From Octopus bimaculoides (lineage: Eukaryota), in contig NC_068981.1 of the NCBI RefSeq assembly GCF_001194135.2, positions 136,581,281 through 136,645,280 on the forward strand: a DNA stretch of 64,000 nt. The letters run 5' to 3'. Positions 37,992 to 50,270 of this stretch are shown in pieces; position 1 is the first letter of the stretch; every line of letters begins with the position of its first letter. The notes below the pieces were generated by a model. That model ran no database searches and was not told where the DNA came from. It was given only the letters and a program-made list of their open reading frames with translations. Both the position numbers and the translations under genes were made by a program.

Positions 37992-38455
37992 CCTTTCTAC
38001 TATAGGTACAAGGCCTGAAATTTGGTGGGAGGGGTCAAGTTGATTACATCAACCCCAATGTTTCACTGGTTCTTAATTTATCAACCCCGAAAGGATGAAA
38101 GGCAAAGTCGACCTCAGTGGAATGTGAACTCAGAACGTAGCGGCAAAATACTGCTAAGCATTTCGTCCAGCATACTAACAATTCTGCCAGCTCACCACCT
38201 TAACAATAATAATAATAATGATAATAATAATAATAATCCTTTCTACTAAAGGCACAATGCCTGAAATTTGGCAGGAGGGGACAAGTCAGTTACATCGCCC
38301 CCCCCCCCGTTTCACTGGTACTTAATTCATCAGCCCCAAAAAGTTGAAAGACAAAGTTGACCTCGGCAGTACTTGAACTCAGAATGTGAGGACAGACAAA
38401 AAATACTGCTAAATATTTCGTTTGGCATGCTAACAATTCTGTTAGCTCGCCGCTT
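37992..38455 (-). mobile_element. two tandem SINE-B copies on (AAT)n
   Basis: Copies at ~37992-38201 and ~38237-38455. Confidence 0.8.
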
Positions 38456-39915
38456 TATATATTATATTTTGAATTACAGGTACAATTCATTTTTACCAGC
38501 TGAGTGGACTGGAGCAAAGTGAAATAAAGTATCTTGCTGAAGGATACAATGCACGACTGGAAATCAAACTCTTGATCCTAAGACTATGAGCTGAATACCC
38601 TAACCACTAAGCCATGTGCCTTCATGCATATTACACATGCACAGGAAGGGCAACCAGCTGTAGAAACTCTGCCAAATCAGATTGGAGCCTGGTGTAGCCA
38701 TCTAGTTTCACCAGTCCTCAGTCAAATCGTCCAACCCATGCTAGCATGGAAAGCGGATGTTAAACAACGATATATATATCATCATCATCATCATCATCGT
38801 TTAACGTCCGCTTTCCTGAGTGGTTGGCGTTAGGAAGGGCATCCAGCTGTAGAAACTCTGCNNNNNNNNNNNNNNNNNNNNNNNNNNNNNNNNNNNNNNN
38901 NNNNNNNNNNNNNNNNNNNNNNNNNNNNNNNNNNNNNNNNNNNNNNNNNNNNNNNNNNNNNGGAGGAGAAGGGGAGGATAAGGAAGGGGAGGAGGAGGAC
39001 AAGATAGAAGAGGGGGAAGTAGAGGGAAGGGGAAGTAGAGGGAAAGGGAAGTAGAGGGAAGGGGAGGAAGTGGAGGAGAAGGAAAAGAAAGAAGATAAAG
39101 TGGAGAGGAAGAAAGAAGACAGAGTGGAAGAGGAGGTGGAAGAAAGAGAGGAGGAAAGGGAGCAGGAGAAAGAGATGGAAGTGTAGTAGTAGTAGTAATT
39201 TCAACAGCAGCATTTTTGCTGCAGTGGTAGCAACAACAACAGCAGCAGAAGTTTTCCTTAACATATGCTGACTCTTTGATAGATGTATTTCTTGCACTAA
39301 GAATGTCAGTTTGCCAGAAGACTATCTGGAAAAGATACTCATTTCATGTCTGTACAATTTGCACTTTTTAACCCCCCCTTTTTTATCAACCCACCTGAGA
39401 TTCTCTAAGATTTCTATGATTCATAACTGATAATTTCAAAGCGTTGTTCATAATTCAATCACAGAACCTTCCAGCATGATTTTAAGATGTCTGTAGCTTT
39501 TATTAAGATCTAGGTGTAGGTGTGGTCTTGTAGTTAAGAAGTTTGCAATCACAAGATTTCAGGTTCAATCTCTTCTAGCAACCTCTTCAGTGGAGTCTTT
39601 TACTTAAGCCCCACACTAACCAATGCCTTGTGAGTTGATTTCATTGATGGAAACTGTGTGGAAGCCTGTTGTGTGTGTTTACATACATATTTTATTTGTA
39701 TTTTTTTACAAATTCACTCACAAGGATTTGGCTATCCTAGGGCTATAGTAGAAGACACTTCACTCAAGGTTCCATGCAATCAGACTAACCCCAGACCATA
39801 TGACTGGGAAGCAAACCTCTTAATCACAAAGCCATGCCTACACCTATGAAGTGATTTTCATTATTTCACAGAAGTCCAAAAGAAGGAATGATGGATTGCC
39901 AAGCAGTAGTGGACT

Positions 39916-39946
<31 letters not shown>

Positions 39947-40596
39947 TGATGAATGAGCAAAATCAAGGAAAAACACAACAAAAGAAATAAGTTTTCACAA
40001 AAGTGTTAGTTTCACGCTTGAAAAGAAAAAGTAAAAGAGAGGCTTTGTTGTTTCATACATAGATTCCTTCATCAGAAAAAGAGGAAGGAAAAAATAAAAG
40101 AGTAGTGGGAAGCAGGAAAGAGGAGGGGGGGGGGCTTCCACATGCCTTCCATCTACCAAATTCACTCACAAGGCATTGGTTGGCCTGTGAGTATAGTAAA
40201 AGCATTAGAGCATTGACCAAAATGCAATATTTGTTCTGGTCTTCTACACTCTGAGCTCAAATCCCTCCATGATTAACTGCATCTTTCAACTCTTTGGAAT
40301 AGATAAAACATAGTACCAGCCAAGTATTGGAATAGATTTAATTAAGGCAGGAGAAGGACTAAGCCCTATCTCTCAAAATTCAGACCTTGTCCCTAAGGCA
40401 TGGCTGTATGGTTAAGAATCTCATTTTGTAACCACAGGGTTTAGGGTTCAGTCCTTCAGTCCACTGTGCAATACTTTGGGCAAGAGTTTTTTAATATACT
40501 CACAGGCTAACCAATGGCTTGGGAGTGAATCTGATAGATGTAGAAGCCCTCCTCCTCTTTCCTGCTTTCCACTACTATTTTCTTTTTCTTTCTTCT

Positions 40597-40635
40597 GTTT
40601 CCTGATGAAGGACTCTATGTCTGAAACATCAAAGC
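40597..40635 (+). ncRNA. decayed minimal type-I hammerhead motif (Penelope-type)
   Basis: GTTTC-CTGATGA-A-GGAC-TCTAT-GTCT-GAAA-CATC-AAAGC. Confidence 0.5.
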
Positions 40636-41632
40636 CTCTCTTCTTTTTCCCTTTTTTGTTTTAAAGCGTGAAACTAATAACGCTTTTGTGGAAACTTGTT
40701 CCTTCTGTCGTATTTTTCTTGTTTTTGCTCACTCATCATGTATGTGTGTGTATGTGGTGTGTGTGGTGTGTATGTGTGCATGTATGTGTGTGTGTGTGTG
40801 TGTGTGTCGTGTGCATGTCGTCCACCACTACTTTACAACTGGTGTTGGTTTATGTCCCTGTAACTTAGTAGTTCAGCAAAAGGAGCTGACAGAATAAGTA
40901 CCAGACGTAAAAAGTAGTACCGGAGTTGATTTATCTAACTAAACCCTCAAGGCGGTACCCCAGCATGGCCACAGTCCAATGACTGGAACATGTAAAAGAT
41001 GATTATCATGTAGGATTTCTTTCACTAACTTAGAACAATACATCATTATTCATATCACCTGGTTAATAAATAACAATAGTTAGCATTCCCATGCTTCTGA
41101 TCATTGATTAAGATTTGGAAAGCTGTTCAGAGTCCCTCCTTCAGATCATATACATGTCTGATTAGTAAAACTAAATAATTTCATTTGATTTATGTCAATA
41201 TAATTCAATGATTTTCCCATTACAGCAAAGAGATTAATGATTCCTTTCACATCAATTTTAATATTCAAATAAGCAATTAGTTGTCTTACACTTGTCTTAT
41301 AGATATTTTCCATGTTCACATGTGTAGTGCACTTCTTGCAAATTTAGCTGTTTTGCATATTATTGGAACAATTATTCTTGTAGAATGATTATTAATTACT
41401 TGTAAATATTAAGGGAAAGTAAAAATTGCCTGTATATATATATGTATGTGAGCGTGCGTGTGTGTGAACAGCACTAAAATAAGTGTTGATTGGGAACAAA
41501 CATACTTTAGATATCACCACATTCATTCAATCCTAAGTTTAGGAAGGATTAAACGCTAACATTATTAATTAAGCTACAACAAAGAAACCACATTTACCCC
41601 ACGTATATATGCATATACTCACATATTATTTG

Positions 41633-41681
<49 letters not shown>

Positions 41682-42651
41682 TACATACACACTTTTGTAC
41701 AAAATTTTCCATAGGTGTCAACATAGACTCTCTCACTCGTAATGCCTGTATGTTCCAAAAATGTAATTTTCCCAAATAAAGTGTACTTCATATTCAAGGC
41801 TTTGATGAAGCTATATGGTGTTATCCAGGTACTCAACTAAGAGTCCACCACATCTCATAGCAGAAACAGCTGTAAGCTAATGAAGTTCATTACATAACCT
41901 TTGTTTTTTTTTCTGGTGTCATCTCTCTGTTATCATTATTACTCTATACTCATCCAACATTGTGGTTGGGAAACAAGCTTCTTAACCACACAGCCACACT
42001 TATGCCTATACTTACATAAATACACACACACATGCACATGTCTGCATGTGTGCACGCGCACGTGCATGTGTGTGTGTGTGTGTGTGATGTAGAAAATTGG
42101 ATTTACAGAATGAAGCAGAATACAAAGTAAGTACTCCCACAAGGTATCAGCTATCAATTCACATTGTACTTAAATTACAATGTAGTTTAACTTGTTCATG
42201 CAACAAAAAAATCCATAATATTCAAGTAGTATCTATTTCCATGAGGAGTAAATAATGACCACAAAATCAGGAAGTATGGGAACAAATACAGACTTATTAT
42301 TTCCATATGATTCCCAGATGATTACAGCTGTTTCATAACTTCCTCAATATTGTATTATTAATTCCAATATCCCAATTTACATATGTACATTTTACATCAA
42401 TATCTATATTTATTGTTATATAATACAATTGTATATTACATAGAGATGTATTATAGAAAAAAGTAACCCATTGGATCATATATACGAGAACATCATGGAT
42501 ATACCCAGGATTCAATTCACTTACACAAGAAAAATCCACTCTTTTTATACCAAAAATTGGATGCAGATACAATCAATAATTTGATGTGTAATGGAAACCT
42601 TTATTAAAAACAGTGAACAGACTTGAAAAATATTTTTTCAAATAATCCCCT

Positions 42652-43470
42652 TTAATCCTTTAGCATTTAAACTGGCCAAATCCAAACCAAAAATTCTATT
42701 GTTTTCTGTTCAAACCAATCAAATCCAGCCTCTCACATGTACTCTACAATGTCATTCTAAAAATTAACAGTCACACCATCAAAATCTTGAAACTACAAGA
42801 TAATGCATGATTAATTCAAAACAATGTTATGGTGACTGAGACCTTTGGAGATATGCTGTGCTTGAGAAGACTCGGCAAGCCAAGTGAGACCGTAACTGTG
42901 GCCTATGCCAGTGCAGTATAACCAGCCCATTTAAGAGTACCTTTCAATCATTGGGCAACAAACTGTGCTTGCGAAGACCTGTTGAGTCAAGTGAAGTCAT
43001 TGCTGTGGACGATGCCAGTGCCACCTGACTGATCCTGTGCCAGTGGCACGTAAAAAGCACCATTCAAGTGTGGTCGATGCCAGTTCTGGCTGACTGGTCC
43101 CATGCCAGTGGTATGTAAAAAGCACCATTTGAGCGTAGTTGTTGCCAGTGCTGCCTGACTGGCTTCCATGCTGGTGGCACATAAAAAGCACAATTCAAGC
43201 ATGGTCGATGCCAGTACCGCCTAAATGGCCCTCATGCCGGGGCACGTAAAAATCACCCACAACACTCTCGGAGTGGTTGGCATTAGGAAGGGCAGCCAGC
43301 TGTAGAAACTTTGCCAGATCAGATTGGAGCCTGGTGCAGCCTTCTGGCTTGCCAGCCCTCAGTCAAACCGTCCAACCCATACCAGCATGGAAACGGACGT
43401 TAAACAATGATAATGATGAATGTAAAGAAGCATTACACTTGACAGAGTAATCTGAATGCTTAAAAGTTAA
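42652..43470 (+). mobile_element. family-D MITE split by an RTE 3' end (42831-43420) carrying four ~65-bp units
   Basis: MITE halves 42652-42828 and 43421-43470; insert begins D*DLWRYAVLEKTRQAK*; TAAAAA(G/T)CAC at 43051, 43116, 43182 and 43247. Confidence 0.75.
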
Positions 43471-44389
43471 ACATGCTTTATAGCATTATTTGCAGAAGAA
43501 CCCAAAAGAAATTACTGATATTTCACTATGCAAAACAGACAAAACAAAATATATCTTCGAAGGTCAATAACTGCCAATCATCAAAGTAAAATACAACTTG
43601 TAAAAACACAATTGAAAACCTGCATCTATCAAGGTTTATAAAACTAGTATTAAACAATAGATGGAGACAGATGAATAACAAAGTCAGCCTGAAGAATAAT
43701 ATATTGATAGTTTCGGATGGTCAGCTGTAGAGAGATATACAGTTCAAAGGTGTGATAGTAACATACTCACACTCACATAACAACAGTCATCTAGTCAAAA
43801 ATCCTTTCACCCATACAAGAACTCAAACTATATTGAAAATAACTGAGTGTTTATCACACAAATCGCTTAGACAGATAAACACACATATGCACCTATATAA
43901 ACACACACACTCACACACACACACATAATAAGTAGAAAACAGTTGTGATATTCAAAGTTTTATAGGACATACACGTGTTTCATCAAAATGCCGAAATAAT
44001 TACATAACAATGATGCAAAAATATTATGCAATCATGCATTCCACCTCATCAGTGTCTCACCATAAATACAATAATCCATGTTGAAGCTCCAGATATATAC
44101 TCATTATGCAAATTATCAAACTAATATATATATCATTCATTTATTTTACATCTGTTTTTCTATATTATTAACAGGTAGAGGGCTGTCTGATATTTATTCT
44201 TCCCATGCTGGAATGCCTTCAGATTTTCTTTTCCAGTTGGACCAACTGTTCTTACAGAAAAATGTCATTTTTAACTTCTAACCATTACTGTACAAAGTAA
44301 GAATGGAACTCATCTGTCAGGCAGCCAGACTGAAGAATGCAGCTGGTTTTACAATTCATTGATAAAAGAGAACAAAGTAAAAGACTTAC

Positions 44390-44490
44390 TTCCTTTGATT
44401 ATTGTAAATCCATAGAAATGCTTAAAGAGATAGTTCCACATATTTGATTTAAAACCAACTTACCTGAAAAGAAAAAAAGTAAACAAAGGT
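44390..44490 (-). promoter_or_regulatory. strong 3' splice site abutting a GTAAGT donor, plus a 74-nt exon ending at a second GTAAGT
   Basis: Minus strand: TTAACTCACCTTTGTTTACTTTTTTTCTTTTCAG|GTAAGT (exon starts 44463) ... CAAAGGAA|GTAAGT (exon ends 44390). Confidence 0.45.
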
Positions 44491-44928
44491 GAGTTAATTA
44501 ATAATAATTTACAGAAATATATATTTACAATGGAAAACATGATTTAAATAAACAGTTTTGAAAAATCACATAACAAAAACTCTTCTTGATAGGGCAAACC
44601 CATGATCAAAGGCTTTCTAACCTGACCATTCATTTTATTTTGCAGGTACCAAGGGAGATCTAGCTACTTTTTCTAGTGGACTAAACAACTGTGTTGATGT
44701 TCCTTCATGATCTCAGTTTCTAATTATTGATTAGCTCTACATCAGTCTTAATGAAGCAGAACCTTAGATCAAAGATGTTTCAGCTATGACTGTTGTTATC
44801 AACATCAATTCCTGGATATCACTGTGTAGAGTTTGAGGACTTTTAGGGCTGGTTACCAGGTTTCTAAGTTTCCACGACATTTAAGAGAATGAGATCACAA
44901 CATTCTCACTGAATGAGATACCGGTTCA

Positions 44929-45115
44929 TTAACCCTTTAGCATTCACATTATTCTATCAAAAGTATTGCTTATTTATTCACATTGCTTAGAATTAATCAT
45001 GCTTTTTGTCTTGGAGCTTTGAGATTTTGATGAAGTTACTGTTAATTTTTTAGAATGATAGTGTAGGGTTGGTGTGGGTGGCCAGATCTGGCCAGTTCAA
45101 ATGCTAAGGGGTTAA
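44929..45115 (-). mobile_element. piggyBac-type MITE family D (short variant)
   Basis: TTAACCCTTTAGCATT ... AATGCTAAGGGGTTAA inverted ends with TTAA on both sides. Confidence 0.75.
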
Positions 45116-45449
45116 AGGGTTACCTATTTACAGCTGAGCAGACTGGAGCAATATGAAATGAAGTGTTTCACTCAAGTGCACAGCACACTGCCTGGTTTGG
45201 AAAATGAAATCATGATACCCTAACACCCTAACCACTATCTCTTGATGTCATATATTGTTCTATGGTATAGTGTGCTTTGAGGGAGACTGCTGCTATTTCT
45301 GGGTAGTCTAACCACAATGTATAACATTTTCCATTGTCCTAGTTATCAGTTTGATTGAAAGGCAAGATCCCTTGAGAAGTATTAAAAGTTCTAAAATAGA
45401 GTTTAAAGATCAATATCCAGTTAAAGAGATTATGTTCTCAAGAGATGTT

Positions 45450-45701
45450 TTAACCCTTCTGATGCCAATCCACCTGGGAACAAGATTCTATGATACAATA
45501 CCATTCCTTTTAAAATGATAATCTCTAAATTAAAACATTCCTTTGTGGTTTTTATGACAGAACTTTTTGCTAAGTTATATTTCACACAACAACTTAATGA
45601 TGAAGAGTTCAGTCAATTTACTAAATTCTTCATAACATTTGATTGTTTTCAAACTTAATTAAAACGTAATTTTATTAAAGAGCTAGTGATGACAGGGTTA
45701 A
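45450..45701. mobile_element. piggyBac-type MITE, second family
   Basis: TTAACCCTT ... ACAGGGTTAA. Confidence 0.65.
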
Positions 45702-46799
45702 GTGAGGGAGGTTTTAGTTTTAAGTTTTCAGATTTGTTAGAAATATTTCTGGTTGACTGACAACATATGTTACACTTTATATTCTTTTATTTGTTCGTCA
45801 GAGGCAGTTGCATTTTAGCCACTGCCAAGTAGTGTGTTTAATTTGTTCCCTGAATATCGCCATGAATTTCCCCCTTGTTTTTCAAAAATCCCACCCCACT
45901 AAATCTCAAAATAGTGGGGGAAAATCTACCCTATTTTTCAAATCCTGGCAGCAACACTGGAGCTGGAAGCAGGATAATAATCTAATTCTACACTTTATCA
46001 CATTCAAGAATATAGACATGTTTTGTAAGCACAACACACGTGGAGTAAAAAAAAAAAAAAAAAAACACTACCGGTGAGCATGCGCACAACAGACAAACAC
46101 CGCATCACTGGAACTGTGAAGCACACAGTTCAACACAATGATTTTTGTATTTTTACATAAACTAGGGGATGGTTACTGACATTAAGCTTAAGGATTATAT
46201 AATGTACAAGTATAAAGAAAGAATTAAAGAAAAAAAGGACTCATTATATTGAATGTTATCAATAATATCATGTAGAAATAGGGGGTGCTGCAGTTCCACT
46301 CTGCCTATACACGAGCTGCCACTGATCAGAGGAGTAGTGATAGAAGGGGAAGGGGAAGAAAGAGCACTCCTAGCCATATTTTAGATTTTCTTTATTTGGA
46401 GGATGAAAATGTGGAAGGCCAGGTGAATAAAGTACTGAACAACTTGGAAATCAGTGGTTCATTTCATACCACTGTCACTGCACAGCATTCAGAGTCTGCT
46501 GCATACACTCTCAACAGCAGCGCCTTGATTTGTTGGTGCTTCTGTAGTAGTTGTCGTTCAGTCTATGTCAGCTCTGAACCAATGGATCTATGATCAAATG
46601 TATTCTAATCATGACTATCCCATTTTTATTCAGGAATTATGTACTCAAAGTTGCATTATTTGATGTGCCCTTAAACAGGTCGGTTGTTATTTCAAGGATA
46701 TTTGGCTGCTATTTCTAGTAGATTGAGCAACCATACAGAGCCGTGGTTCTGAACCATTTTTTACAGACGGGCCCCTTTGATTCCTGTTTTACTCTACCT

Positions 46800-47166
46800 C
46801 CATAGCCCAAGGTGCCCTACAATGTGTGGCAACTTGGGCAAGTGTCTTCTGCTATAGTCTTGGGCCAACCAAAGCCTCGTGAGTGGATTTGGTAGACGGA
46901 AACTGGAAGAAGCCTGTCATATATATATATATATATATGTTTCTGTGTGTATGCTTATGTTTGTCTCCCTGCCATCACTTGACAACTGATGCTGGTATGT
47001 TTATGCCCCTGTAACTTATCAGTTCAGCAAAAGAGACTGATAGAATAAGTGCTAGGTTTATAAAGAATAAGTCTTGGGGGTCAATTTCTTCTAGTGACAC
47101 CCTTTAAGGTGGTGCTCCAGCATGGCCGCAGTCAAATGACTGAAACACGTAAAAGAATAAAAGAAT
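46800..47166 (+). mobile_element. SINE family A (5' rearranged) next to a hAT-like end
   Basis: Family A body and tail; CCGTGGTTCTGAACC at 46741 resembles the TIR at 1076. Confidence 0.7.
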
Positions 47167-48011
47167 AGGACTAATTAATTACATTGACCCAGTATATGAC
47201 TGGTACTTATTTTATTGACCCTGAAGAGATGAAAAGCAAAATTGACTTTGGTGGAATTTGAACTCAGCAAAGACAGGTTAAACGCCACCAAATAACAGTT
47301 ATGATTTCTAGTTAAACACAAGGTCACAAATTTGGATAGGAAGGGCTGGAACTGTTATTAATGACCCACAATAGTTAGGTGGTAATATATTTTATCATCT
47401 AAGGAAGTATGAAAGAAAAAGTTGACACTCTGATTTGTAAGGAAAATCTTGGATACCTCGTGTTTTTTTTTTGTTTTTTATTTTTAGCAAAGGGAGAATG
47501 AAAATGATACAAGATGCGTCTTATATTACTTTCTATAAATCTTAACAATAAATTCATTGAGAATGGATTAATGGATCTTGAGGAAATTTCCCATCCCCAC
47601 CCCAAAAAACTGGTCATTACATATATCATGCTCACCCTTGGAATTTCAACTGATTAATGATCTCCACGTTGACCAAGTGTGAGTGACTTCTGTTCATGAT
47701 GCTATGGATAGACTAGTTGGAACTAGTTCAATATATCAAGGAGAACAGCAACACAAAATCAAGTACGTCTATCATCATTTATTACTGATCTGAGTAAAAC
47801 AGTAATGCTGAATCAGGAACCATGTTATTAATACACTTATCACAGATTATCTGTGATAACAGGAGTTGGTGATAGTTGAAGATTCTGTTTGTATTGCAAA
47901 ATATGCCCCTACAACCACTAACAATATTCAGGATACCCAGAATGCACTGACCTTCCCTTGAAGTCGTGTATATTTTTTACAGATTTATGTACTTGTACTT
48001 ATCAACATGAG

Positions 48012-48270
48012 TAGAGGTGCATGGCTTAGTGGTTAGGGTATCAGCATCATGATCGTAAGATTGTGGTTTCGATTCCTGGACCGGGTGAGGCATTGTGTTC
48101 TTGAGCAAAACACTTCATTTCACATTGCTCCAGTCTACTCAGCTGGCAAAAATGAGTAATGCTGCGATGGGCTGGCATCCCATCCAGCTGGGGAACACAT
48201 ATGCCATTGAAACCGGGAAACCGGGCCCATGAGCCTAGCTAGGCTTTAAAAGGGCGCATTTATTTATTAT
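48012..48270 (+). mobile_element. tRNA-derived SINE family E, full length with a 13-bp TSD
   Basis: A-box TGGCTTAGTGG, B-box GGTTTCGATTCC, TTCTTGAGCAAAACACTT and GCGATGGGCTGGCATCCCATCCAG motifs; TSD TTATCAACATGAG at 47999-48011 and 48271-48283. Confidence 0.9.
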
Positions 48271-49458
48271 TTATCAACATGAGACTAGAGAAAAGAAAAA
48301 TACAAAGGCACTTGATCCTAACAAATGATGCAAACAGGTATATACTCAATAAGAAAAAAGAAGGGATCATCATCATCATCATCATTATTATTTAACATCT
48401 GTTTCCCATGCTAGCATGGATCGAGCAGTTTAACAAAAGCTGGCAAGTCAGAAGACTGCACCAAACTACTATTTACTTTTGTATGATCTCTACAGCTAGA
48501 TGACCAAGAAAATATGTGATAATGGAGACGTTGCTGTTATGGGCTGCAAATTTAATGGCAATGAATTTACAATTCGATCCATTTTGCATGAAAATAATTC
48601 TTTTATTACTGTGTTTTTTGGAACCAACCCTGTGAATGAAGATAGATGTATTCATATGTGTTAGATGACTCTTCGCAAATTTTCTTATCATAGAAGTATT
48701 TATTGTTTTAAGCTAGACATCATAGTTACAGTTAACTTCTCATGTCAAATTTCTTTACAGCAGAGGCAGTATATATGTGTTAACTAGACACCCTGCAGTC
48801 TAATTCTCAATTTTGAAATTAGAATTAAACAAAGGAGACATAAAATAAATTTGTTTCTTGTCCTAGAAACAAAATTCTGTGCTAAGTTTGGTTAAGTTTT
48901 GCCAAGAATATTAAATGTTTAAATAAGGTTTTAAATCAGAAAACAAAAGAGCCTTGAGAAGTAACTGGTTTATTATTCCATCACTACAGTCTTTTCGAAA
49001 AGCTAAAAATAAATAAATCAATAAACTATAAGACAAAGAGACATCATATTGGTAGTAAAACCATTAAATCAATTATCTAAACTAATAAATTCCTCGCTCC
49101 ATGTGGGATTTAGCACCAATTAAGCTTAATTATAAAGACTACCATTATCCCTCTGGTCACAAATGAATTTTTCAGATAATAATAATAATAAAATAATGAC
49201 AGACTATTATCCAAAATAAAAGGATAAATTTAAAAAAAAAAGAAGTAAAATAGAAATAACAATGAAAAATCAACAAAATGACCTTCATTATACAACACCA
49301 GCACCTCAGTGTAATAAAGGTAGACTTGTAAATGGTTGTAGAAAAACTTTACAGCTTAATACTGTACAGTAAAGCTGTCATGTAACTTTATTGAATTGCT
49401 TTAACATTGAGCCTGAATACAGCAAATACAAAATACAACACAACAAACACACACATAT

Positions 49459-49490
<32 letters not shown>

Positions 49491-49681
49491 ACATACATAC
49501 ATACATACAGACAGAGAGACAGACAGACAGGCATGTGTATCTTGGTGTGTGTGTGTAAAATAGAATTTAGATTAAACAGTATTGGAGTAAAGAGTAGATT
49601 AGGATTAAAATTCATCATATTCAGACTGCCATTATTACTAGCAATATATGCTACTATAATCAATATGATGATGATGATAAC

Positions 49682-49721
<40 letters not shown>

Positions 49722-49744
49722 CCCTCTGTACATTCTGCATTCTA

Positions 49745-50270
49745 ATTCGACTGCCTTTCATCCTTTTGGGGTTGATAAAATAAACGCAAGTTGAGCACAG
49801 GGGTTGAGATAATCGGCTTATTGCCTCCCCCAAAATTGCATTATTATTATTATTATTACCATTAAGGCGGCGAGCTGGCAGAATCAATAGCATGCTGGAT
49901 GAAATGCTTAGTGGTATTTCGTCTGCCACTACATTCTGAGTTCAAATCCTGCCAAGGTTGACTTTGCCTTTCATCCTTTCGGAGTTTGCTTAAATAAGTA
50001 CCAGTCATGCACTTGGGTTGATGTAATCGACTTATTGCCTCCTCCAAAATTGCATTATTATTATTATTACTATTAAGTTGGCAAGCTGGCAGAATCATTA
50101 GCACGCTGGGCAAAATGCTTAGTGGTATTTCATCTGCTCCTACGTTCTGAGTTCAAATTCCACCAAGGATGACTTTGCTTTCATCCTTTTGGGATTGATT
50201 AAATAAGTACCAGTCATGAACTGGGGTTGATGTAATCAACTTAATCCCTTCCCCCAAATTTGAGGCCTTG
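49745..50270 (+). mobile_element. chain of three SINE-B copies separated by (TTA)n
   Basis: Partial copy ~49745-49835, copies ~49864-50050 and ~50077-50270. Confidence 0.8.

Noticed and set aside
48012-48085. tRNA gene
   Set aside because: A and B boxes are present but there is no cloverleaf, and the sequence continues into a SINE body with a TSD. The same holds for all SINE heads.
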